Positions 29,874 through 38,722 of a DNA stretch of 61,496 bases are shown here, in pieces. Source of the DNA: a virus (lineage: Duplodnaviria; Caudoviricetes). The number at the start of each line of letters is the position of its first letter. The stretch's first letter is position 1. The notes under the pieces are model-generated. The model did no database searches, was not told the DNA's origin, and was given only the letters and a program-made list of their open reading frames with translations. Position numbers and translations under genes: made by a program. The stretch spans positions 1 through 61,496 of the IMG/VR virus record IMGVR_UViG_3300021963_000137. One strand, written 5' to 3'.

Positions 29874-32120
29874 TTATTGTGGCATTTCTGCCGCTGGTCC
29901 TTGAGGTTGAGGAGCTTCCATACCATTAGCGGGTCTAGAAGCATCTCCATGCGAGTCTGACGTAATAAAGTCTTTTGCCATAGCTAATAGAACTTTAATA
30001 TCAGGTTGTTTAGGTGGATCAACACCTTCTTTAGCTGCTTGGATATAAATCTTACCCCATTCTTGGTAGGATTTATCTAATGCAACCATAAGTTGTTTTG
30101 TATTATCTTGCATAGCATTTTTAGCTTGGACATTAGTTAAATCAATAGTAGCTTGTCTTTGAGCCATATCTAGCATTTTAACTTGTTCTTCTAATTGCTT
30201 AAGCTTTTCAGTAGCCTTTATTTCATTGTCTCTTGACTCTTGTGCTTTTTGTTTAAAGTCAGGAGCCGTATAATCAACAATATAGTCTAATGGATCTAAG
30301 TCCATAGCTTCAAGAGTCTTACATGCAATACGTACAGCTGCTTCTGGATTGATAGCGCCACCAGCACCTGCTTGTAATAATGCAGGTAAAAGCTGTTGAC
30401 CTACCATAGACATCTTTTTAACAACGTTACTATTGCCATTCTCACCTACATCCGCATCAATATACATGAGCATATTGTTAGGCAATGTTGATGGATCAAC
30501 TGACTTGAAGATATCATTTTGATCAGTGTATTTAACTACCTTACCACGTAGCTTAGATCTCATAGTACGATATACACCGTCACATAAACGTTTAAATCCT
30601 GTCTCAGCAAATCTACGTGCCATAAATTGAATACGTACTTGTGCTGCAGACATAGCCTTCTGCATCTTTTCTTCACTGTTACCTGATACATATAATGTAT
30701 CATTTAAACCTTGAGCAGCTTTACCCATACCAGTAGCTTGTTCTTTATGAACCTGTAGCAATTCTAGGATTGGTACAGTGCCAGGACTAATAGTGTCTGG
30801 AGTCATAGAAGACACAGCTGTCTGTGGGTTTCCATTAGTAGCAATAATCTGTTTAGGCTTCATATTCTGAAGAGCACTAAAGTCTACTACATTAGGATCA
30901 GCTAATTTAGGTGCATAGTTAGTTAAGTATACATTCTCTACGAAGCCACGAAGAATAGCGGTAGTAGCTAATGTAGATGGGCGAACCATATCTGCAACGC
31001 TAATACCAAAGAATTCGTGAGGTACTTCAAAGGGACAAAGAGTTGCTAAAGGAATCATATCACAATCTTCTTCAAGCAGGATTGTTGACCCTGCAATAAT
31101 GAAGTGTTTTAATTCGGCAATACCGTCTCCGTCTCTGTCTACTCTTAACCAACATTCAATAACAGTTAATTGTCTGTTAGCTTCTGAAGGGAATAGTTCC
31201 CTTGAATTTCCCCCTAGCCAGTACTCTTCGCCGACTAGACGCTTTCGAGCTGCTTGCTCTTCGGTGTACTTGGTGGCCCAATCATATGACCCATCACCAA
31301 TAGCGTCCCAATCGATGTTCTCTGCAATATCGGGGAAAAACTTTCTGACCTCAGAACGGGTCATATCAATCTGAATACCTACGAATGCTGCATCATCTAG
31401 TGAGTGCGCATCCCTTGTAATCCTAAAACATTCTGGATGTACGTTCTTAATAAGAACTCGTGTCTTATTTGTTTTACGTTTTAAACGAACATCCTTATAT
31501 ACTACTAGAAACTCTGAGTTACCATCAAGGTTTGTTGTTAACTCTTGCTCATAATTAAGGTTTCCTATGATTTCTACATCGGAATCTGACAAAATAAGGT
31601 CTAGATTTTCTTGAGAAATAGAGTCATATTCTTCGAAATTATAGTCAAAATCCTCAATAAACTCCCAACGAACAATACTATTTTTCCACAAAAGAGCTGA
31701 CTTAACCCATGTATTAAGGATTTCCCAGCCAGGATTTTGTTTAAAGATAGCATAATTAACTAAATCAGAAGCTACCTTAGCATGATGATAGTCTGTGGGT
31801 GTTGGTCCAGCAGGAAGAAACCTTGCTAGCTTGTTATTGTTAAACATTAGTTCAGCAATAATAGCTGTGTAACCTTCAACCGCCTCTACTGTGTCAGATG
31901 AAACAATCTGAGACACACCTTGAGGAGTCAAATGGTACTGTGGCATCATACCATATTCGTATGTAGCCTTTTGTCTTTCACGAGCCAAGTCAGAACTGTT
32001 TAAGAAGTCACCAACAGAGTTCATTACACCCTGTTCGATCATAGCTAATAGTTCATTATCACCTACTGGCTCTTTATACCTGTCAGTAAGCCTGATAGGG
32101 GTAGTTGTATTATCTGCCAT
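29874..32120 (-). CDS. Portal protein
   Basis: SQIVSSDT, ECWLRVDRDGDGIAEL, PHEFFGISVAD motifs; about 750 aa. Confidence 0.9.
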   Translation of the reverse strand: MADNTTTPIRLTDRYKEPVGDNELLAMIEQGVMNSVGDFLNSSDLARERQKATYEYGMMPQYHLTPQGVSQIVSSDTVEAVEGYTAIIAELMFNNNKLARFLPAGPTPTDYHHAKVASDLVNYAIFKQNPGWEILNTWVKSALLWKNSIVRWEFIEDFDYNFEEYDSISQENLDLILSDSDVEIIGNLNYEQELTTNLDGNSEFLVVYKDVRLKRKTNKTRVLIKNVHPECFRITRDAHSLDDAAFVGIQIDMTRSEVRKFFPDIAENIDWDAIGDGSYDWATKYTEEQAARKRLVGEEYWLGGNSRELFPSEANRQLTVIECWLRVDRDGDGIAELKHFIIAGSTILLEEDCDMIPLATLCPFEVPHEFFGISVADMVRPSTLATTAILRGFVENVYLTNYAPKLADPNVVDFSALQNMKPKQIIATNGNPQTAVSSMTPDTISPGTVPILELLQVHKEQATGMGKAAQGLNDTLYVSGNSEEKMQKAMSAAQVRIQFMARRFAETGFKRLCDGVYRTMRSKLRGKVVKYTDQNDIFKSVDPSTLPNNMLMYIDADVGENGNSNVVKKMSMVGQQLLPALLQAGAGGAINPEAAVRIACKTLEAMDLDPLDYIVDYTAPDFKQKAQESRDNEIKATEKLKQLEEQVKMLDMAQRQATIDLTNVQAKNAMQDNTKQLMVALDKSYQEWGKIYIQAAKEGVDPPKQPDIKVLLAMAKDFITSDSHGDASRPANGMEAPQPQGPAAEMPQ

Positions 32121-32183
32121 TGTTAACCTTTCTGGGTTATTCAATCATTCAATCAAGGTCAACAATGACCTAATATATTTCTT

Positions 32184-32930
32184 TTAGCTACAAACTGCTG
32201 TAGCAATACAGTATTCAATAACCATGTAGTCAGTAGCTGTTGCTAGTTGACCAGTAACTCTTAATGCTAAATCATTTTTAGTTTCTTCTGTGGCATATAC
32301 TGCGGCTGAAGCAGAAGCACCATGACCAAGGGCTGTAAGAGGGGTACACACCTGACTATTAGTTTTACCACGATTAGCTAAATCTTTATCAATATTAGTA
32401 GTTAAACTAGTTGTAATAGCTGCATTATGAATGGTTGTAGAACCAAATATAATTTTAGGTGTTTTGTTGTTAGCATTAGTAGGTGTAGAAATTAATAGTT
32501 TAACCAACAATTGACCTGATGGCCCCATTAAATTACCAGGAACAATAGCCCTAATCAAAGAAAGATCAGAGGCAGTAGTTTGCGTATATGAGCTATTAGA
32601 ACCTACTGCATTAACATGAGATACTGTTGTAGGGTCATAAGGGGTAAATGGGGTAGTCGTTGGGTTAATATAGATTGTGTATACTTGACCTACAGTAGTA
32701 CTAGAAAACTCTGTATAATATAATCCTGCAGAACCACCTACCACTGCTCCAGCAGGTAACCAAACCCATGCATCACCATAAATTGTTGGTAATGCTGTTG
32801 TTAATGTAATTGTTCCATTAGTTGCTACTGTTCCATTAGAAGGAATAATAACGGGAATACTTGCTCCAATAATACCTGATTCTTCTGTGGGTACACTAGT
32901 AAATACTGTACCTAAATTTAATTGCCCCAT
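32184..32930 (-). CDS. Hypothetical beta-rich, probably virion-associated protein
   Basis: Thr/Ser/Gly-rich 248-aa ORF in the late arm. Confidence 0.55.
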   Translation of the reverse strand: MGQLNLGTVFTSVPTEESGIIGASIPVIIPSNGTVATNGTITLTTALPTIYGDAWVWLPAGAVVGGSAGLYYTEFSSTTVGQVYTIYINPTTTPFTPYDPTTVSHVNAVGSNSSYTQTTASDLSLIRAIVPGNLMGPSGQLLVKLLISTPTNANNKTPKIIFGSTTIHNAAITTSLTTNIDKDLANRGKTNSQVCTPLTALGHGASASAAVYATEETKNDLALRVTGQLATATDYMVIEYCIATAVCS

Positions 32931-33016
32931 GTGTCTATTCCTTTAATAAAGTGCTACTACTTTGTTCCTTCCCCCATGAGTAGCCAACAAGGTTGGACAC
33001 AAGGGAACTTTGTTTA

Positions 33017-33172
33017 TTATTTATTTTGTCCTCTGATAGCCAAGTATTGACCATCAGCCTCTTTTAGTTTACCATCCTGTTTAGGATATACTAGTTTATT
33101 AGGTTGTTGAGGCTTAATCAAAGCCTTTAATTGTTCTTTTTCTTTACCACGTAGGTTTAAATCAATAGCCAT
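33017..33172 (-). CDS. Small basic hypothetical protein, 51 aa (not in ORF track)
   Basis: MAIDLNLRGKEKEQLKALIKP...GQNK; fills the operon gap. Confidence 0.5.
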   Translation of the reverse strand: MAIDLNLRGKEKEQLKALIKPQQPNKLVYPKQDGKLKEADGQYLAIRGQNK

Positions 33173-33178
33173 ATTAGT

Positions 33179-33460
33179 TTACCATTTCACTTTGTTAGCC
33201 CAGTATGCCGCTGATAACGGTCCTTTAGCAATATTACTTGCATGTCTAGCCTTAAAAGATTCTCTACGCTTTCTGTATGATTCTGACTCTCCCTCTTTTT
33301 TGGGAGACCCTTGAGTACCTTGTTCACCAAAACGAATAGTCTTAACAGTGTCCCCACTCTTAGCAACTACTACATGACTTTTTGTAGGATGACTAGGTGT
33401 CTTCTTAGGTTTATTAAAACCAGATACACCAGCCCTCTCTAATCTAGGATCTTTTGCCAT
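33179..33460 (-). CDS. Small basic phage protein (DUF6321-like)
   Basis: KTIRFG...RRESFKARH...SAAYWA..W motif. Confidence 0.7.
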   Translation of the reverse strand: MAKDPRLERAGVSGFNKPKKTPSHPTKSHVVVAKSGDTVKTIRFGEQGTQGSPKKEGESESYRKRRESFKARHASNIAKGPLSAAYWANKVKW

Positions 33461-33606
33461 TACTTCCCCTTCTTAGCAGTCTTAGCCGAATCTTTAAAAG
33501 CTTTGTTTGTAGGAGCACCCTTAGTTCCAGGTTTCCTCATTTTCTCTTTAGACCCTTCAGCAATCCGTTTTTTCTTAGCATGTATATTATCGTATAATCC
33601 TGCCAT
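33460..33606 (-). CDS. Small basic phage protein, 48 aa (not in ORF track)
   Basis: MAGLYDNIHAKKKRIAEGSKEKMRKPGTKGAPT; GAGGA RBS; stop overlaps the next start. Confidence 0.7.
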   Translation of the reverse strand: MAGLYDNIHAKKKRIAEGSKEKMRKPGTKGAPTNKAFKDSAKTAKKGK

Positions 33607-33615
33607 ATTATTCCT

Positions 33616-35256
33616 CTATATCCAAGTGGTTTCTAATTGTTGAAAGTTCCCCATCTTTTGTGTAAAAGGAACATTAGTTGTTGTTAGTCTATCTCCGTGT
33701 GTCCTGATTACTTCCAGAGCAATAGCAAGAGCGATAACGGTATCATCATTGTGACCAACAATAGCATTTGTCCGACCATTGTCATCAGCCACATAATTCA
33801 TTAGCTCCCCAATAATAGTTCTTGAAGGTATCCATATTTCTTCCTGTTCAATAGCACTCTTAAGAAACCCAATAATAGCTGGCTTAGAAGATGTTGTTGT
33901 TCTCCAACCCATCCGCATACCTTCATCTTTAGATACATTAGCCATTTTAGTTTGATAATACATATTAACATAGCCCATTTGAACTAGTCTATTTAATGTG
34001 GCAATACCCATACTGTTAGACTCTACCGCCATTAAAGCGTTATTATAGTATCTTCCTAGATAGAACAATAGATCTCCAAACTTACTGGGATCAATCATAT
34101 TATTTCTATACGTGGCACATATCTCTTTTTCTGCATTCATAACTACTGCAGCAGAATGGTCTTTACCTACCCCTAAGGATACGTCTGCAGCTATAACAAA
34201 GGATTGATCAAAGGATGGATATTTAAATATCTCAATAGAACCCTGTCGGGCATCCTCCATCATCATACTTTCAAAGTTAAATTCTCTCTGAGCTAATATA
34301 GGTTGTGGTATTAGTTTATTTAACTTTTCAATACTGAATACATTAGAGCCTGAAACAATAAAGGCTTCTTCAGGAGTCGCTGGGTACTCCTGTTTAAATT
34401 TGTCTACCCCACTCTCAGCTATCTTGAGTCTCCTCCAGTATAACTGATCATTATCTAAATTAAACCTTGTAACTAATATTTCTTCTTCATCTGTTTTCTC
34501 AAACCCCTCAGGGCTATTCCTACGATATTCAGACATAAGAAACCAAGGTACAAATATAGGTATATATTCATTCTTACCAGCTACAGCATCTGTCCATAGT
34601 CTATGAAATGAGTTTCCTACCCCATTAGCTGTACTCTCAAGGATAACCTCGGTACCGTCTGCTTGGGAGATCCCCTGAAATAAACCTGCTAGGATTTTTT
34701 CATCATGAAGCCAGAAGGATACTTCTGAAAGATGTGCGATCGTAGGCGTAATACCCCTACCCGCCTCAGGAGAACCTGCTGTATACAATCTATAACCAGA
34801 ATCATTATGTTCAAACATAATCTCTTTTGCGTTAGATCTCTTTAAAGTAGGTGAAAACTGTGTAGGCATATTAGAAATAATATTCCTGGACATAGTAAAT
34901 AAAGCATCAGATGTTGCAGCATCATGAGCCATAACAACACTCTTGTTGTAAGCATTGAAATAAGACTTCCAGAATACTCTACCAGTAGTATATGTAGAAA
35001 GACCCATCTGTCGGGCTTTTAAAATAATAGCCCTAACTTTTCCAGTTTCTTTTAGTTGACCTTCAATAGCATCATTAACGATCTTTTGTGCATCATTAAA
35101 TTCAAAAGGTTGGAATCCTAGTCGGGAGTCTTTGGGTAGAATCTTTATTTGCTCTTTTGCAAAGAGTTCAAAGTTATTTTGGTATTCTGCGAGTTTTTCT
35201 CTGCGCTTTAGTTCCCTTAAAGCCTCTAGCTTGCGGGTGTTTGAAGTGGTTGTCAT
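33616..35256 (-). CDS. terL: Terminase large subunit
   Basis: Walker A ILKARQMGLST, Walker B AHLSE, ESTANG, nuclease AADVS and HNDDTV motifs. Confidence 0.92.
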   Translation of the reverse strand: MTTTSNTRKLEALRELKRREKLAEYQNNFELFAKEQIKILPKDSRLGFQPFEFNDAQKIVNDAIEGQLKETGKVRAIILKARQMGLSTYTTGRVFWKSYFNAYNKSVVMAHDAATSDALFTMSRNIISNMPTQFSPTLKRSNAKEIMFEHNDSGYRLYTAGSPEAGRGITPTIAHLSEVSFWLHDEKILAGLFQGISQADGTEVILESTANGVGNSFHRLWTDAVAGKNEYIPIFVPWFLMSEYRRNSPEGFEKTDEEEILVTRFNLDNDQLYWRRLKIAESGVDKFKQEYPATPEEAFIVSGSNVFSIEKLNKLIPQPILAQREFNFESMMMEDARQGSIEIFKYPSFDQSFVIAADVSLGVGKDHSAAVVMNAEKEICATYRNNMIDPSKFGDLLFYLGRYYNNALMAVESNSMGIATLNRLVQMGYVNMYYQTKMANVSKDEGMRMGWRTTTSSKPAIIGFLKSAIEQEEIWIPSRTIIGELMNYVADDNGRTNAIVGHNDDTVIALAIALEVIRTHGDRLTTTNVPFTQKMGNFQQLETTWI

Positions 35257-35274
35257 GGGGTGTAGTTATAGTTT

Positions 35275-35293
35275 CTCTATTAGGGGACTACTC
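35275..35293 (-). promoter_or_regulatory. Candidate phage RNAP late promoter GAGTAGTCCCCTAATAG
   Basis: Repeat motif at the head of the whole late arm, about 20 nt upstream of terL. Confidence 0.8.
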
Positions 35294-35344
35294 TTTATAC
35301 TTTTTATTTATAGCCCCTTAGTCTTTGTGTGTGAAAAAGAATCA

Positions 35345-35500
35345 GGGGTTTGTTGTTCTCCCCCTCCTGTGTCGTGTGACCCCCCTGTCTCGTGGTGGTC
35401 GGTCGTGCTGCGGTGTCGGGTCGTTCCTGCCTCTCTTCTTCTGTCGGTGGTGCTGTGGCGCTGGTGCTGTCGACTTCCTTTGTTAGCGCTGTCTTGGAGT
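35345..35500 (+). other. Adenine-depleted GC-rich non-coding leader (possible genome-end/first-injected region)
   Basis: 4 A in 156 nt; no A from 35380 to 35472. Confidence 0.6.
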
Positions 35501-35505
35501 TCATT

Positions 35506-35661
35506 ATGCGTTCTATCCTCTTGTTCGTTTGTCTTCGCCGTGGTTTTGGTTTGTCCTTCTCTACTGCCTGTGGTCACTTGCTTAATGCTTGGGGTACTGC
35601 TCAGTGGTACAGTGACATGTCTACTGTTGACCTGTTCCTGTTAGCTACTCGTAAGTCTTAA
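35506..35661 (+). CDS. First early gene, 51 aa
   Basis: GGAG RBS then ATG at 35506. Confidence 0.5.
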   Translation: MRSILLFVCLRRGFGLSFSTACGHLLNAWGTAQWYSDMSTVDLFLLATRKS

Positions 35662-35711
35662 GGGCTTTCTCGATTGGCTCCTTGTGGGGTCTTTCGAGAG
35701 CGTCTTGCTCT
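35662..35711 (+). repeat. Early intergenic structured element type 1, diverged copy
   Basis: Hairpin followed by GAGAGCGTCTTGCTCT. Confidence 0.6.
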
Positions 35712-35726
35712 GTTTGGGAGGTTGGT

Positions 35727-35870
35727 ATGTATCTCGGTGACTTGCTTCGTAAGAAGCTTGCTGAGCTGCCACCTGTGGATGAGGCGGCACTTGATGCTTA
35801 CCTTGACGAAGTAGAAGAAGAATTCTGCTTTGTTTGTGGTAATGAGTGTTGCAATCATCCTCAGGATTAA
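35727..35870 (+). CDS. Small acidic early protein with C-terminal Cys cluster
   Basis: GGGAGG RBS; CFVCGNECC. Confidence 0.6.
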   Translation: MYLGDLLRKKLAELPPVDEAALDAYLDEVEEEFCFVCGNECCNHPQD

Positions 35871-35875
35871 GAGGC

Positions 35876-35921
35876 TGCCTGTAGCATCCTGTTAGGGTGC
35901 TATGGAGAGCGATCTTGCTCT
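35876..35921 (+). repeat. Early intergenic structured element type 1
   Basis: TGCCT-hairpin-GGAGAGCGATCTTGCTCT. Confidence 0.75.
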
Positions 35922-35940
35922 ATTCTAAAAGGGGTTTGTT

Positions 35941-36156
35941 ATGTCTTCTTCTTTTGTTGTCTACGCTGTGTCTGCTTCTGCTCCTCAGTGTGTTGTTGCT
36001 AGCTTTGATACTGTTGCTGAAGCTAATGCTGCTGCTTGGTTGGCTAACTCTATCGATAGTACTTGTGACTATCGTGTTGATGAGGTCTTGCTTGATGATT
36101 TGCTTTGTTCTGAGTGGAAGACCAAGGAGAGAATGTCAGGATACGAGTTACTTTAA
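35941..36156 (+). CDS. Small early protein
   Basis: AGGGG RBS; bounded by repeat elements. Confidence 0.6.
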   Translation: MSSSFVVYAVSASAPQCVVASFDTVAEANAAAWLANSIDSTCDYRVDEVLLDDLLCSEWKTKERMSGYELL

Positions 36157-36165
36157 TAAGATCTT

Positions 36166-36208
36166 TGCCTATTGGGTATAACAACCCAATGGAGAGCGAT
36201 CTTGCTCT
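36166..36208 (+). repeat. Early intergenic structured element type 1
   Basis: TGCCT-different hairpin-GGAGAGCGATCTTGCTCT. Confidence 0.75.
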
Positions 36209-36232
36209 TGTACATAACTCAAGGAGATTAAC

Positions 36233-36430
36233 ATGTACACAATCCTCAACGTCCTTACCGCTATCATGTGGTATGCTGCTGCATCATGGTCTATAGATCA
36301 GATCTATACTCATGACAACAATAGCCCTCTTATGATTGCTATCTTAGTTGCATCAGCTGTCTTAGCGGGTATGCAAGCATTTGATCTGATTAACAACATT
36401 GAAGACAAACACAACCAAGGAGAACTGTAA
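36233..36430 (+). CDS. Small two-TM early membrane protein
   Basis: AAGGAG RBS; two hydrophobic segments. Confidence 0.65.
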   Translation: MYTILNVLTAIMWYAAASWSIDQIYTHDNNSPLMIAILVASAVLAGMQAFDLINNIEDKHNQGEL

Positions 36431-36571
36431 TGTACTACGTATACCATAGGCTCACTAAGGTATTGATTGCTAAGACTACATCAGTCAGAGTGCTCAATGA
36501 GTACGATCCAACATACTATGAAGTAGTAACCTACTAATAGCATACCTTCTCGGTTAGAGAGACCAGGGCAT

Positions 36572-36587
36572 CAGGGGTAAGTACCTG
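36572..36587 (+). repeat. Early intergenic structured element type 2
   Basis: CAGG-GGTAAGTA-CCTG hairpin. Confidence 0.6.
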
Positions 36588-36615
36588 CCGTTAACATCAA
36601 CTCAAGGAGAACGTT

Positions 36616-36906
36616 ATGTCAGTAGCAGAAATCAAACCAGCATTCGCTATCAAAGGCGATACAACAACAACAGCCTACACATCTACACCATCTATCTTGA
36701 TGGCAGTGTTTGTAGACAAAGAAAACAAATACTGGTATGCAGTAGATGATCAGCAGACTATCCGTAAGATGTCCATCACACGGGATGTTGAACATGCTCG
36801 TAGAGAGTATAAGATTGCTCGTAACCTTGTAGGCAAGAAGGTATACTTTGGTGTCACACAAGGATGGGATGGTAATGTATGGTTCAATGAAGTCATTGAA
36901 GCTTAA
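36616..36906 (+). CDS. Early hypothetical protein
   Basis: AAGGAG RBS. Confidence 0.7.
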   Translation: MSVAEIKPAFAIKGDTTTTAYTSTPSILMAVFVDKENKYWYAVDDQQTIRKMSITRDVEHARREYKIARNLVGKKVYFGVTQGWDGNVWFNEVIEA

Positions 36907-36914
36907 CCTGTAAG

Positions 36915-36965
36915 ACAGTCTTCACGGCTGTATAAAAGTGAGACCTCTTGGGGTAAGTACCAAGA
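36915..36965 (+). repeat. Early structured element type 2 preceded by a predicted pseudoknot
   Basis: TCTTGG-GGTAAGTA-CCAAGA hairpin; ACAGTC/GGCTGT and TTCAC/GTGAG pairings. Confidence 0.6.
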
Positions 36966-36997
36966 TCACATAACACACTCAACACAAGGGGATAAAC

Positions 36998-37246
36998 ATG
37001 AAATACATGCTGTTAACACCAGTAACACCAGAGGACTTCTGCCTCGATACCTTCGAGGAAGTACAGGAGTCAGCACAAGAATTCGGATGTAACATAATGT
37101 TATCAACAAAGATAACAGGAGGAACAATTGCATTCTTTGTAGCTAAGACAAAAGAAGCACTAGAGAGTATGTGCTCACAGGTAGACCTAGATGGTACCGT
37201 AATAGGGTACTCAGAAACCTATGACCAACTCGTAGTAATCAGTTAA
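36998..37246 (+). CDS. Early hypothetical protein
   Basis: AAGGGG RBS. Confidence 0.65.
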   Translation: MKYMLLTPVTPEDFCLDTFEEVQESAQEFGCNIMLSTKITGGTIAFFVAKTKEALESMCSQVDLDGTVIGYSETYDQLVVIS

Positions 37247-37260
37247 CCAAAGAGAATAAT

Positions 37261-37452
37261 ATGAACTACCATACCTATATGACGTTACCATTAGAACGAT
37301 TCCTAGAAGAACTTAAACAAGAAAGAGATAGGAGGGTATACCTAAGGACAAAATCTCTGCAGGAAGTACTACAAGGATATACCCAGACATACACCCGACA
37401 GGCAACTGAGGAGAAGTATGCAGAGAACGTAGCGAGAGGAGGTTTTTTGTAG
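37261..37452 (+). CDS. Early hypothetical protein
   Basis: ORF in operon. Confidence 0.55.
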   Translation: MNYHTYMTLPLERFLEELKQERDRRVYLRTKSLQEVLQGYTQTYTRQATEEKYAENVARGGFL

Positions 37453-37516
37453 AAAGTATTTTGTGTGTGCTAAAAGTGTAACAAAGTGAATCAAAATGAA
37501 CATAAAGGAAGTTCAA

Positions 37517-37849
37517 ATGAAACAACACATCCATCATGACGCCATCATAGCGTGGGCTAAAGGTGCTAAGATACAATTCCAAGACACCACTAGTGCAGCT
37601 AAATGGCATGACTCAGAAAGCCCTATGTGGTATGAAGATCACATATACCGAGTAAAGCCTGAACCAATCATCCGAGACGTAACCCATAACCTCTACATTA
37701 ACAGTGTAGAAGAACTAGCCTTAGCATTCGAAGAAAGAGGAGTAGGCAGAGTGCATCCATCATACAAACTCATAGGCTCAATCAAGCTTACATTCCAAGA
37801 CAAAAAACTAGTTAACTATTCAGAAGTATTCATTGACGGAGTAAGCTAA
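37517..37849 (+). CDS. Hypothetical phage protein (start revised to MKQHIH)
   Basis: AAGGA RBS; H...IIAWAKGAKIQ...P.W....YRVKP motif. Confidence 0.65.
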   Translation: MKQHIHHDAIIAWAKGAKIQFQDTTSAAKWHDSESPMWYEDHIYRVKPEPIIRDVTHNLYINSVEELALAFEERGVGRVHPSYKLIGSIKLTFQDKKLVNYSEVFIDGVS

Positions 37850-38055
37850 TGATCTTCCTTCCACTACTCTTTGTATGCCTAACTGACAACGTAACATGTC
37901 AATTCGGTATACTAAAAGCAACAGATGACTTTAACAAATGTCTCATACAAGTCCAAGAGGCTTCTAAAGAACTCGAAGATAATCCTACAGTAGGAGTATT
38001 CAGAGCAACGTGTGCAGAAATAAATGATGTAACTTTAAAAGGAAAACAAACATGA
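37849..38055 (+). CDS. Small Cys-containing protein with hydrophobic N-terminus
   Basis: Coupled ORF; four Cys; similar to 41478-41669. Confidence 0.6.
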   Translation: MIFLPLLFVCLTDNVTCQFGILKATDDFNKCLIQVQEASKELEDNPTVGVFRATCAEINDVTLKGKQT

Positions 38056-38486
38056 ATCCAGAAGTCAAACAACTGTGGCTAGATGCCTTACGTTCAGGTA
38101 AATACACTCAAGGTAAATCTCTACTCAGACCAACTGAAAGCACCTATTGTTGTCTAGGTGTGTTATGCCAGATAGCAGAAGAAAGAGGTATATGTGAATA
38201 CATTCCTTCAGACGAACATGAAGGATTCACAATTAAATATCCAGATGTATTCCAAGATGGTTTTTGTGACGGAAATGTATACGAAGAATCTGAACTACCT
38301 TGGGTAGTAAAACAATGGGCAGGATTAGATAACGAGAATCCTAAAGTAACACTCAATGAAAGGAACACAAAAGAACACCTAAAAGGTACAATGCAAGACA
38401 ACACCATAATAACCTTAGCACAGTTAAATGACGAACATAATTATACATTCACAGAATTAGCAGACATCATTGAGGAGCAATTATGA
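38052..38486 (+). CDS. Hypothetical phage protein
   Basis: W..ALRSGKY.QG..L...CCLGVLC...LND...F.E.AD.IE motif. Confidence 0.7.
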   Translation: MNPEVKQLWLDALRSGKYTQGKSLLRPTESTYCCLGVLCQIAEERGICEYIPSDEHEGFTIKYPDVFQDGFCDGNVYEESELPWVVKQWAGLDNENPKVTLNERNTKEHLKGTMQDNTIITLAQLNDEHNYTFTELADIIEEQL

Positions 38487-38722
38487 TTAAAAGAGATAAA
38501 AGCATGGGTGCATTGTTAACCAAAAACATCACCTATACACTGCACATTAACCAAGAACAGTTAGACCTACTCGAAGAACTACTCGGCTTTGTAGGCGGTA
38601 TAGGTCGTAACAGAGACATGACTAACGAACTACAAATGGCTCTTGAACAATATGCCACAAGAGACAGAGACATGTGTGAAACAAACTACTTCAAAGAAGA
38701 AAGCTTAGTGGTAGTCAAATGA
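38483..38722 (+). CDS. Hypothetical protein
   Basis: GAGGAG RBS, coupled ORF. Confidence 0.6.
   Translation: MIKRDKSMGALLTKNITYTLHINQEQLDLLEELLGFVGGIGRNRDMTNELQMALEQYATRDRDMCETNYFKEESLVVVK

Noticed and set aside
35132-35644. Several overlapping ORFs across the A-free region
   Set aside because: Plus-strand frames stay open because every stop codon needs A, and minus-strand frames because every stop codon needs T; no RBS, biased translations
35662-36965. CRISPR array or known self-cleaving ribozyme
   Set aside because: Repeats are separated by whole genes and no cas genes are present; no hammerhead, pistol or twister core recognised
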